Source: Bugula neritina (lineage: Eukaryota > Animalia > Bryozoa). Taken from it: 64,000 bases of DNA. The notes beneath the pieces are model-generated. The model was not told the DNA's origin and did not search any database. It was given only the letters and a program-made list of their open reading frames with translations. Shown here one piece after another: positions 28,587 to 39,406 of the stretch. The stretch lies in NCBI GenBank assembly GCA_964035545.1, contig OZ037770.1, forward strand, positions 6,768,729 through 6,832,728. Reading direction: 5' to 3'. The number at the start of each line of letters is the position of its first letter. Within the stretch, counting starts at the first letter, position 1. Made by a program: the position numbers and the translations under genes.

Positions 28587-31500
28587 GAAACGAGCAGACT
28601 GAAAAGTATAGAGTGAAAAGTAAACACACCTCATGGTGAAGACGATATGCTTTATTCCATCGATCAGATACCTGACAGAATCCATCACAAGTGTAGCCAG
28701 TAAGAGCTTCATCCACACACGATCTCCATCTGCATATGTATGTAGTGTATACAGTGTGTGTAGTGTGTGTACTGTGTGTAGTGTGCGCACTGTGTGTAGT
28801 GTGTAGTATATGTAGTGCGTGTAGTATATGTAGTGCGTGTAGTATATGTAGTATGTGTAGTATATGTAGTGTGTGTAGTATATGTAGTGCATGTAGTATG
28901 TGTAGTATATGTAGTATGTGTAGTGCATGTAGCGCGTGTAATTTGTAGTTCATATACAGCTTGTGTAATGAATGTAGTGCATTATACAATGTGACAATGA
29001 AAGGCATGCTGGAAATATGCAAGTAAAAAAGAATATTTCAATTTATAACTAAAATACAGTAAGTCTAACACATTGACTTTAGTATTTATGGAGCCATCTA
29101 GCTGTTAGAATGTGTGCAACTCACTGAGCTATGTTGGAGCAGTCAGACGACGTGTTGTAGGTGAGATGTTCACAGGATAGAGTGTCGGCCATTCTACATC
29201 CTGTCAATGAGTAGCATCTTACTATACTATATTAGCAGAGTACATAGTTATACTATACTGTAATACTACTGTAGCATTAATGTAGCTATACTGTAGTAAT
29301 TATAAGACTAGAATACTGTAAACATATTTTTAGTTGCAATGATAAAATTATTCTTAATGATACAATCATTGAAATAAGAGAAGTTTACAATGACTGGCAG
29401 ATACATAGAATTTCTTAAAGAATGACGAGATGCAATGCTGCCCCCTTATTCATGCTGACTTAGATTGGTTCAAATACCATCTAGACTGCAGATCAAGCTG
29501 TAGGATATCTGTACAAAGGTTCCACGTCAAGTATAAATGTATACATAATTGTGTGCTTTAATCTCCGGTGAGCATAAATCCCACTCCAGTTTTAATAAAC
29601 TATTGATTTATGTACAGATTAGAGACTTGCATGGCCGGAAGAATATGGCTTCCAATATATATCTCACCTATGTGACATTGGAGCACTAGCTATGTTACTG
29701 CAAGTGGTGGATACAGCGAGCTGCACTATGTTACTGCAAGTGGTGGATACAGAATACTGCATTATGTTATTACAAGTGGTGGATACAGAATACCTACTGC
29801 ATTATATGTTATTGCAAGTGGTGGATATAAATTGTACACTAACCATCCTCACAGTTGACCCTCCACCACTCATTGATAGTGTTGGCCTCAGTGGATACGG
29901 CAGGGGAGTATAAGTAACTGACTTTCTCAAACACAGAGCCATCAGCCAGTTCACAATCGAAGTAGCAGCCCAGCACTCTCCTGGCAGCCCTGTGTGTACA
30001 AGGTAAGTGTAGGTAGTGTCTGTGTGTGTACAAGGTAAGTGTAGGTAGTGTCTGTGTGTGTACAAGGTAAGTGTAGGTATTGTCTGTGTGTGTACAAGGT
30101 AAGTGTAGATAGTGTCTGTGTGGGTACAAGGTAAGTGTAGGTAGTGTCTGTGTGTGTACAAGGTAAGTGTAGGTAGTGTCTGTGTGTGTACAAGGTAAGT
30201 GTAGGTATTGTCTGTGTGTGTACAAGGTAAGTGTAGATAGTGTCTGTGTGGGTACAAGGTAAGTGTAGGTAGTGTCTGTGTGTGTACAAGGTAAGTGTAG
30301 GTATTGTCTGTGTGTGTACAAGGTAAGTGTAGGTAGTGTCTGTGTGTGTACAAGGTAAGTGTAGATAGTGTCTGTGTGGGTACAAGGTAAGTGTAGGTAG
30401 TGTCTGTGTGTGTACAAGGTAAGTGTAGGTAGTGTGTGTGTGTACAAGGTAAATGTAGGTAGTGTCTGTGTGTGTACAAGGTAAGTGTAGGTGGTGTCTG
30501 TGTGTGTACAAGGTAAGTGTAGGTAGTGTCTGTGTGTGTACAAGGTAAGTGTAGGTAGAGTCTGTGTGTGTACAAGGTAAGTGTAGGTAGTGTCTGTGTG
30601 TGTACAAGGTAAGTGTAGGTAGTGTCTGTGTGTGTACAAGGTAAGTGTAGGTAGTGTCTGTGTGTGTACAAGGTAAGTGTAGATAGTGTCTGTGTGTGTA
30701 CAAGGTAAGTGTAGGTAGTGTATGTGTGTGTACAAGGTAAGTGTAGGGAGTGTCTGTGTGTGTACAAGGTAAGTGTAGGTAGTGCATGTACAACAGGTAG
30801 GTATATATTACAAGGTTTATACAGAAGGCAAGTACATGTATATATGGATAGCATTGTAAGTACATGATAGGTATGATACATACTACAAGTTATTCCAATC
30901 TAATTATTCTAGCATACTCTGTCACATCATCCAACGCTTATGCTGAATAAAACATAAAGGCTTGAGAGCTAGAGCCTAGAGCTAATAACTTATACATATT
31001 GTGTGGTAAGGAGCCATAGTGGTTACTGGTTTTGGCAGTTGGGGTTCCTATCAACTATCCAGTTGAGCAGTTGGTGATATCAGGAGGGGCACATCAAAGC
31101 CCTCCCACCATGCCGCCAAAATTGTGTGAGACAATTCTTAGCCTACGAAACTTTACCCTTTGGTATCCCATAGAAATTGCGACAATAAACAAAAACCCAA
31201 TAAGTTGCATGTAAGCAATCTTGCAGATTCGTTACGCTTACACTCTATTAGATAGTTTTACTGTTATATGAAAGACTACATACGTGCAGGTCCTTTCCCC
31301 AACCTGTAAGGAGCTCTCATCAGGTAGAAGAGGTGAGGCTAGGGACGTGAAGAAGGGAGTTACTTGCTGGTCACATTCCGAACAAACTAAATCAGGAAAA
31401 TTTTCAATCAAGTACAATACAGTGTGCTATATATGTCCATGGAGCTATATAACAATCTATTTGCAAGAGTGCTACACTTTCGACTGCAAAGTCTACAAAG

Positions 31501-34056
31501 CTTTAAAGAGGTTACAAAGTAGGTAAACTGCAGTTGGGAACAAAATAGCGAGTTATTAGTTGGATTAACAAGATTAATCTGAGTCATCAACTTCCTCTCA
31601 ACATCCTCCACCTCCAAAAGTCAAACAACATTTAAATCTATAAAGAAAGTTGTTCAGAAACAGCAAAGCTGTAACTCAAATTAAAATTTGTTGCAAAAGA
31701 AATGATTAGAATTGAGGAACATATAAAATGTTGAATACGAGCACTATCATATGACAACATCTTTGGAATATTCTTATATTATGTAATGACGTTATGTTGC
31801 TGTTTCCCAAGCTACTAGGATGACTGAGAAATTTCAGTCCAAAATTTAGCATAATTGAGTAAATTTATTATTCCAAGATGAGATATAAGGTAGGATATAA
31901 GGTAGGATATAAGGTAGGGTATAAGATAGGGTATAGGGTAGGGTATAGGGTAGGGTATATGGTAGGGTATAAGATGGGATATAAGGTAGGATATAAGGTA
32001 GGATATAAGGTAGGATATAAGGTAGGGTATAGGGTAGGGTATATGATAGGGTATAAGATAGGATATAAGATAGGATATAAGATAGGATATAAGATAGGAT
32101 ATAAAGTAAGATATAAGCTAGAATATAAACTAGGATGCAGGGAGACTAAATAGTTTCTCTGCAAAGTAGAAGATAAACATGCACTTCAAATTTAAATCGG
32201 AATGTGAATAATTTCTAAATTAACTTGGGGCACATTAAAACATTTGGATATCATAACTAGCAAGTGTGTCAAAGCAAAGAGCAGTAATTACTAAGTTTAT
32301 TTCCACATCCAGCAACACTAATGAATTAATTAGCCGCTATTGGAAGTAGCATACCCTGTTTCATCACATACTAGAAGGTTGATGATATCAGCAGATAACT
32401 CGTTCTACCACCACAGAGATTATGTAATGGTGAGATTCACCAGAACTTAACACTGGAGATTAAAGATCTCTAGCTGAACATGAGTTAATTAGGATTAGAT
32501 GGTGACATGCTAATACCTCAGTACCTGGCACTTACTATAATATCTTTACACAACAAATACAATCCTAGCTAATCACACATATAACACTATATATACAAAT
32601 AAACCATCATATGACTTAAATATAATAATCAGGTATTGCAACACTTTCACATGATGTGTTATATTATACCATAGAATATATTCCCCAACTTATTAATGAA
32701 GTTAAAGATGAAAGGCCAAGAGGAAACTGACTGAGAAATAAAAAGGTCTGTGTTCTAAATGAGAAATATAGCAAGTTTGAGCTTTAAAAGAATTTCGACC
32801 AGCACCCCAAGACAAAGGTCATAAATGCAATTAGAGAACACAGGCTATTGGAATGTAACATTATTTGAAGCTAAGCTTATTGCAGCCTATTAAGGTTGAG
32901 TCATGTCTCATTACGTATACATTGTGACATTACATAATCTACTGAGAGGGTATAATATTATACTCACGGTTTCCAGCTTGAGTCAAGCTAAAATAAAGGA
33001 CATAAATATTAATAAACAAGCCTCCAGCACTGATTACTTCAGAGTAACCACATGAAATGTAGGAAGAGATAACTTCCTTTTTAGGCTACCACATAATTAA
33101 CATGTAATGAGATGAATTGTGTACAAAGCATAAGATAGATAGCTTCCCCATAGCTTCCACTGCGTTATATGTGTTATATGTGTACATGTGCAGTGCATGC
33201 AGCATTGCGATGTTATGGTGCTTATTGTATACTCAAGATATAACATACTCATGATATGTACCCATGATATATACTCATGGTCAAGGTTGGGGTAATTGTA
33301 ATTAATTACATTCATACATAATTGACCCCAATCCTGTTCATAGTATAAACTCATGGTATTTACTCATAGTATAAACTCATGATACAGCCTACTATTTAGT
33401 ATATATATATTAAACATATATATCTGCTAATAGACACACTGATATATTACCTTATAAGTGACAAGAGTAGAAGCCCACCTAAAACAAACAAAACTGTTTG
33501 TATCAAAAACAGCATTGAAGCATTTATACAAAATACCTGCAAATTTAAATTTATAAAAAAAGCAACAATTTGCATCAACATTTTACAAAAATTATACTGA
33601 TGAGTTATAAATTTTCAAAAGAACTTTAAATTGCAAAGAATAACTATTTTAGAGTAAGTATTTAGTATAAATGTTTAGAGTAAGTATTTAGTATAAATGT
33701 TTAGAGTAAGTATTTAGTATAAATGTTTAGAGTAAGTATTTAGTATAAATGTTTAGAGTAAGTATTTAGTATAAATGTTTAGAGTAAGTATTTAGTATAA
33801 ATGTTTAGAGTAAGTATTTAGTATAAATGTTTAGAGTAAGTATTTAGTATAAATGTTTAGAGTAAGTATTTAGTATAAATGTTTAGAGTAAGTATTTAGT
33901 ATAAATGTTTAGAGTAAGTATTTAGTATAAATGTTTAGAGTAAGTATTTAGTATAAATGTTTAGAGTAAGTATTTAGTATAAATGTTTAGAGCAAGTATT
34001 AGAAGCAAGCCCAGGCAGGACATACCCAAAGAAACGAGGTGAGAGGATAGAATCAT
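10350..34056 (-). CDS. Large (~1,900 aa, ~44 exons) secreted, probably GPI-anchored Cys-rich repeat protein with Thr/Ser stalks and a SEA-like domain; no recognised orthologue
   Basis: Phase-compatible GT-AG exons traced from ATG 34056 (signal peptide [31 protein letters not shown] over exons 34026-34056, 33451-33478 and 32968-32987), through e.g. 31284-31386, 29844-29989, ~28630-28729, ~27538-27698, ~25576-25701, ~23351-23530, ~20802-20972, 17058-17245, ~15245-15482, ~13852-14196, ~13117-13276, ~12692-12889 and ~11392-11609, to the last exon ~10350-10544, which ends in a hydrophobic tail ([20 protein letters not shown]). Confidence 0.88.
12692..13276 (-). other. SEA-like domain exons within the large Cys-rich gene
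   Basis: [50 protein letters not shown]|GSIKVEFDL resembles the SEA beta-alpha-beta pattern with a G-S-[IV]-x-V motif. It follows a Thr/Ser-rich stalk. Confidence 0.7.
12965..13075 (+). mobile_element. tRNA-derived SINE, copy 1
   Basis: GCAGCCGTGGTTTAGGGGTTAGAGCG (A-box), a B-box-like GGTTTGAGCCC, then a shared body AAAGGTCATTGGTG...AGCATCCAGTCATAATTGCT. Confidence 0.75.
13565..13850. repeat. Minisatellite, 24-nt unit x ~12, abutting a donor
   Basis: Unit AACTAGTAGCCTAGCAACTGTATT. Confidence 0.93.
16218..17048. mobile_element. Foldback / Mutator-like non-autonomous element with ~400-bp inverted arms
   Basis: 16223-16626 is the near-perfect reverse complement of ~16653-17042, with a spacer of about 26 nt. 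G...C termini, a 9-bp direct repeat GTATTTCAC at 16209-16217 and 17049-17057, and reiterated GACATTTC/GACAATT subterminal motifs. Confidence 0.88.
19330..19522. repeat. Minisatellite, 21-nt unit x ~9, filling a short intron
   Basis: Unit CTGTACTTACTCTACTGTATA. Confidence 0.93.
20250..20795. repeat. Composite minisatellite abutting a donor
   Basis: Reiterated ACAGTATTA / ACAGTAACGTATAAC blocks. Confidence 0.9.
21550..21645. repeat. (TA)n microsatellite
   Basis: Long TA run; similar runs at ~23714-23785 and ~41356-41457. Confidence 0.95.
22559..22745 (+). mobile_element. tRNA-derived SINE, copy 2
   Basis: Same head and body as the copies at 12965 and 50261, extending to CAGGAATAGCGACTATAAA. 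Confidence 0.75.
24675..24895. repeat. Minisatellite, 31-nt unit x ~6
   Basis: Unit CAGAGGTGTCAGTCACTGAGTTGRCASTCAW. Confidence 0.9.
26775..27092. repeat. Minisatellite, 20-nt unit, making up nearly the whole intron
   Basis: Unit CATACAGGTATAAGGTGTAA. A second 20-nt array (CATACAGTAATACGATATAT) fills the neighbouring intron at 26405-26580. Confidence 0.92.
29990..30790. repeat. Minisatellite, 32-nt unit x ~25, each unit a copy of the adjacent 3' splice site
   Basis: Minus-strand unit ACACTACCTACACTTACCTTGTACACACACAG. The last copy is the acceptor of exon 29844-29989. Confidence 0.95.
31880..32130. repeat. 12-nt minisatellite (ATAAGGTAGGAT-type)
   Basis: Direct tandem repeats in mid-intron. 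Confidence 0.9.
33650..33992. repeat. Near-perfect 26-nt minisatellite x ~13 beside the donor of the first coding exon
   Basis: Unit GAGTAAGTATTTAGTATAAATGTTTA. Confidence 0.95.
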
Positions 34057-37000
34057 ATCTGAACTCTTCCAGTGTATTATCTTATATGACATGAAACTCA
34101 GCAAAACCAAGTCTTATAAAAACTCACTAATCCAAATTACTCGCCAGAACAAATTAATTTCCTGTCACCATGACAACCACACAGTTATGTTGGACTCTTT
34201 GAAGTCACATTTTAGCTGATGGCACTCAAACAGAAGCCACCCTAAAAGAGTTTGGATCACAGACTAAATGGAGGGATTATGCTGTCAACAGAGATTATGG
34301 TGATGAATATGCAGCCAAATGGGAGCTAGCGTTTTACTCAGCTTAGAGATACCTGCAAGAACCTGTTTTCTTAGTCACTAAATCTCTATAGTTGATATTC
34401 TATTTGGCTTTGAGGTGTGCAGATCATTGTGACATGAATTATATAGTGAAGGGTTAAGTAGTGCCACAGTAGACAATGTGTACTACATGTGTCACTACAT
34501 GCTCTACTTGTACCACCACATACCCTACTTGTACCACAATGTATACAATTGTTACATCACACACACTACATGTATGCCATGACCACACACCACATGTGTC
34601 ACTGCACACACTGAACACAGCACTATGGGCCTCTAATATGATATAATCACCATGTACCATTGTAACACAATACCTATATAATACATACATATAACAAGAC
34701 TGTATAGAATAATACTGTATAGAATAATACTGTATATAATATAGAGTAATACTGTATAGAATAATACTGTATAGAGCAACACTGTATAGAATATGTGATG
34801 GCTGCTGTCATTTTTGGTCTCTTGGGGGTCATTCAAGATTTTTACTTTTTAATGTGGATGAATAGAGTAGGACTTTGTGATCACATTGCACTTTAAATTT
34901 TTAAAATCAGTCAAATAGAACCAGAAATATTCCAGGTTATACACACAGCCGTCCACAACAAACGACTTTTATTATTGCGAGTAATCAACAGTCAAAGTTC
35001 GGTGACTCAAAATTGTACTAAATTCGTTGTTTATCTACCTAGCAACAGTGTCTTCAATTAGCTCCATCAGCCCAAAAGTTAGTTACCAGGGGTGGTTTTT
35101 TATGCTGATCATGAAAATGTCAATTTAAAATTCATATCTGCAATATCTTAATCAATATTTCAGAGTTGAGTTCAGTATAATGAGAACATTTTGATAATTA
35201 TTCTGAGAGATTATACTATAATGCCACGTGGTTTCATAATAAAATCTAACTCTTTTGTATCACTGTTGTCACCAAGTTCATCATTACTATTATCACCACT
35301 ACTCTTCAGTCCTTGTCTTTAAATTTCAATGTAGAAACATTTTTTTAAATTGTCAATATCTGTTATCTATTAACTTGCAGCGCGATTCAGTCGCCATGTT
35401 TATTATTAGTAACAATTCTCAGTCAGATTATACTTAACTACGTTGCGCTCTACACTGCGCCGCTATTTTAGCTATTGTTAGAGGCTGTGCCATTATGCTG
35501 TAATCACGTGACCAGCTTGCCAACCATGGAATGGCTCATTAAAACACCAATCATTCATAAACCATAGCATATATCATAAAACTGATTGGACAGCTGGAAA
35601 GAGCACATGTTAATTGACTATTACACACTAAAAGCTAAAATTGACCTGTTTATGACAACTATAGATAAAACCCTTTATAACTAACAATAGCGAATAATGC
35701 CAAGAGACCAAAACTGACGGGAGCCATCACATATTACTGTATAGAATAAGACTAAAAATATAACAACACGTTGCATAATACATGTCATTATTTGAATCCA
35801 CATTCCCAGCTAGAGTTGCAAGCTTCAGGTTGGAAGCTGCTGCTGTACATAAATAACTGGCAAAAAATCTACAGGAGTTGTCTTGCCTACATACTACTGC
35901 TTCATAGTGTTGAACCACCAGTTTACTACATGCAGATCTTACAAATATGTTATTGGCTTATCAGATCTGCTACTGTTTCCTGAATATCGGGAAATAATTG
36001 GAGTTTAGGAAAAATATTATGAAAGATCTGCTTTATTGGCTGTTAAAACTATAAAAAATGGTAGACCTAACAGCATGGGTCCCATCTTGTACCTTATTAC
36101 CAGCAGCACTGGATTATATGTAATGCAAGTTGATTGAACAGCAACACTGGGATGTGAGTTTTAAAACCAAATGTCTATTTAAATGCGCTGTGTTCCATTC
36201 TATACTCAATCCTGTGTTTCAGATGCCATGTGTCGTTGGGAAACACTAATTATTTGATGCAATTCATAAGGAGGTTGTGTTACCAGGCTAGGAGCATCTG
36301 CGCTGGTACTGAATGTTAATCTAATCCCCCTCAGCCTTTCACATGACTAGTTACAAGGCATTAGTCATAGTCTCAGTGCAGATAGCAGCTTACAACATCC
36401 TCTTAATACTACCAGATTATAGATTTCAAGAAATTAAAGGTATTCATTGAAGATTGTAAGGATATAATTTTCTTTCTGCTATATTATTATCTTTTAGTTG
36501 ATGATATTGGCTGAGAAAACACAATTATGTTATGATAATGGCCAGCATATTAACATGACTTGCAATTATAATAATGTAATATGTAGCTATACACACTATT
36601 TTGAATTAATTTATTGAAATAGATTGTGAATTCTGTAGTTATGATTGGAATCTTTAAGCAACAAAGAGACAATTAATTATCAAGACAGCCATATAAATGG
36701 GTGACTAATAAGAAGTCATGCAACTACTAATCAGTTTCAATCACATTATAACAAGTAGAGCCAAGTATTAGGATGAATTCAGTGGAGAACCCAACTATTT
36801 GTCAACTCAATGAAGGTACAAGAATTTAATTCAGTGACAAGTGCAAATGAGACTACTAAGTGTTACCTACTGCAATAATTCATCGATGAATGAATTGAAA
36901 ACAGTTCTATATCGCTCTAGAATTAACTGTTAAGAGTTCTTATCTAGCAAAAAGTTTTATGTATTTGAGTCTTCTAACCTTTCAATTTTGTTTCTATTAT

Positions 37001-37754
37001 TGAGTAGACCTGGATGTTAATACTTTGTTCTGAGGAGGGAACAACCCTCTAAATAGTTACTGTAATAACTAAACCAAATTGAATTGGGCCATATTTACTT
37101 AATTTATTATTTACTATTACTCTCAATGTATGCACAGAAATAGGCACCCTAATAGGAAGAATTCTACCCATGACTATAACTTTGAGTTACTTTGAATTCA
37201 TGCACCATTCCAGCTTAAAACACATGTGGAGGGACATATAATTATGGAGTATATATAAGAACGTATAATATCTTTCAAATAATGCATGTGAGTTACAACA
37301 GAAATTAACATATCAACTTTTGCAATGAAAATTGATTAATATAATTATATATAAAGCTATTGAACTGTTTCAGCCACAACAGCTGCATGTACCAACTTAA
37401 AACATGTTGATGAAGATCAGTTGCGAACTATATAAAGTAGCACTAAGATCTCCTCTCTATTGCCTTACATATATACACACTGCTAGTAAATAGCAATACC
37501 CATTAGATTCCAAAACCTAATGTAGGGTATATTGTTATTAGCTTCGGTGCTCTTATATTTTACAAGATTTAAATACATGTATAAACATACAAATAAATAT
37601 AAACTAAACAAAATAAATTTCCAAACTGCTTTTCATGCGAAAGATCTAGATTTCAGACCAGTTCTCTTGCCCATCCATCACCAAAAAGAGGCTACATACG
37701 CTTGACCCTTTTAGCGTATGTAGCCTCTTATATATATGTATACACACACACACA

Positions 37755-37786
<32 letters not shown>

Positions 37787-37999
37787 CACACACATATAAA
37801 GTCTTCTATGGTATTATACATTACCAAATTAGGGAGTTGTCTTTCCAAAAACTAATGTAAAGTTTTGTGTTCCGTTGCAAAACAATTTATTGCAGTGATT
37901 ATAAAATCATTGCAGTTGCTACAATTGTGCCAGGGCTTGAAGTAGAACTTTTATAAAATTCTGGCCGGCATCTCCATTAAAAAACTATATTTAAATTGC

Positions 38000-38371
38000 T
38001 GCGAGCTTATATTATATACTATATCTGCTCTCTATGAGCTTATATATACTATGTGTGCCCTATATAATCTCAGATATATACTATATGTGCCCCCTACAAG
38101 CTTGTATTTACTTGTTGTGCCCCTTCAAGCTTATAAATACTATATACATGCCATCTATTAGCTCATATACTATTTATGTGCCCCCTATGAGCTTGTATAT
38201 ACTATATGTGCCCCCTATGAGCTAATATACATTATATGTGCCCCCTATGAGCTTGTATATATTATATGTGCCCCCTATGAGCTTATATATACTATGCGTG
38301 CTTTATATGAGTTGATACATATTATATGTGCCCCCTATGAGCTTGTATATATTATATGTGCCCCCCATGAG
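38000..38371. repeat. 30-nt minisatellite ending at a MITE
   Basis: Unit GCTTGTATATATTATATGTGCCCCCTATGA. Confidence 0.85.
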
Positions 38372-38657
38372 CACAGTAAAAACCTAACCGAATAGCAGTT
38401 TTCTCAACTGAAAAGCAAAAACAGGAGTGATGCTGTGATCAGAGCCAGGGCCAGAAACCTAAAAAGGAAATTATCTGAAGAAAGTCGACACTAGCTTAAA
38501 TATCAACTTGATTTGCCTAGTCACCTAAATATTATGTAACATTTGTCATAAGTTTCAGCTGACTTATCCTTGTAGATTATGAGTTTAAATAAAACCTCCT
38601 GTTTTTGAATATGCTTTTCAGTTGGGAAAATTGTTCCTTGGTTAGGTTTTTACTGTG
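38372..38657. mobile_element. MITE with CACAGTAAAAACCTAACC termini (CMC/EnSpm-like)
   Basis: Inverted repeat of ~55 bp: CACAGTAAAAACCTAACC...CAACTGAAAAGC...AAAAACAGGAG versus CTCCTGTTTTT...GCTTTTCAGTTG...GGTTAGGTTTTTACTGTG. No clear target-site duplication. Confidence 0.75.
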
Positions 38658-39406
38658 GTCTGTGTAAACGCTTTCAAATAACCTCTTTTCCATTTCACTC
38701 CAGTATCGTTTCACTGAACCGTTTATCAACATGTTATCAATGAAACACTATTGTATCTATTGTTTTACTAGTAAAAGTTTTCAAAACCACTGTTAGCGAT
38801 TTAGGCATTATACAACCACAACTACATATTATGTATGCAGCTTGTTAAATTTATGGGCTTTGAAACTCTTGTCATTTAAAAATTGTTTCAGCAGCAAAAG
38901 ACTTTAAACAATATTTACCTCTTTTAGACTTTGCAATTGCTTCAGTATCTGGTAGTGATGTATCTAAAAAAGTTTTAAAATTATAAGTAAAAAACTACAT
39001 CTACAATTAGGCAGCCTATGTCTGAAGTCATATGTATACTTTTGCACATAATTGCAGTCATGTCTCGCGAGTCTAGTTTATCAAAATCTTTTTAACTTAC
39101 AACATTAACCTGCACAAGCTTACCTTCTGCAATGACAGCCTGTTTCGCCAAGTCTCACATCTGCAGATGGCTGCTCTTCTACCAATTCTATAATATTTAA
39201 AACACTCTTGACAGTTTATGGGGACTATTATATAAAATTAGCAGCTCGAAATAATTCTACAATCTACATTTTTTAGATAAATAATGCATGCAGAGCAATA
39301 AAGTACTAAAGTAATGCTTGCAAATACACTTGAGTTTTTCATTTAGCAAAATCTAAGAGCATAAATATATGCATCGTAGCTGAAATGTTGAGGATATATT
39401 AATTTA

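Noticed and set aside
29802-30881. Long ORFs of 298-359 aa in three frames
   Set aside because: These are translations of a 32-nt intronic minisatellite; only 29844-29989 is exon.
31000-31142. Additional exon of the Cys-rich gene
   Set aside because: The required frame contains a stop, and the flanking exons already join in phase.
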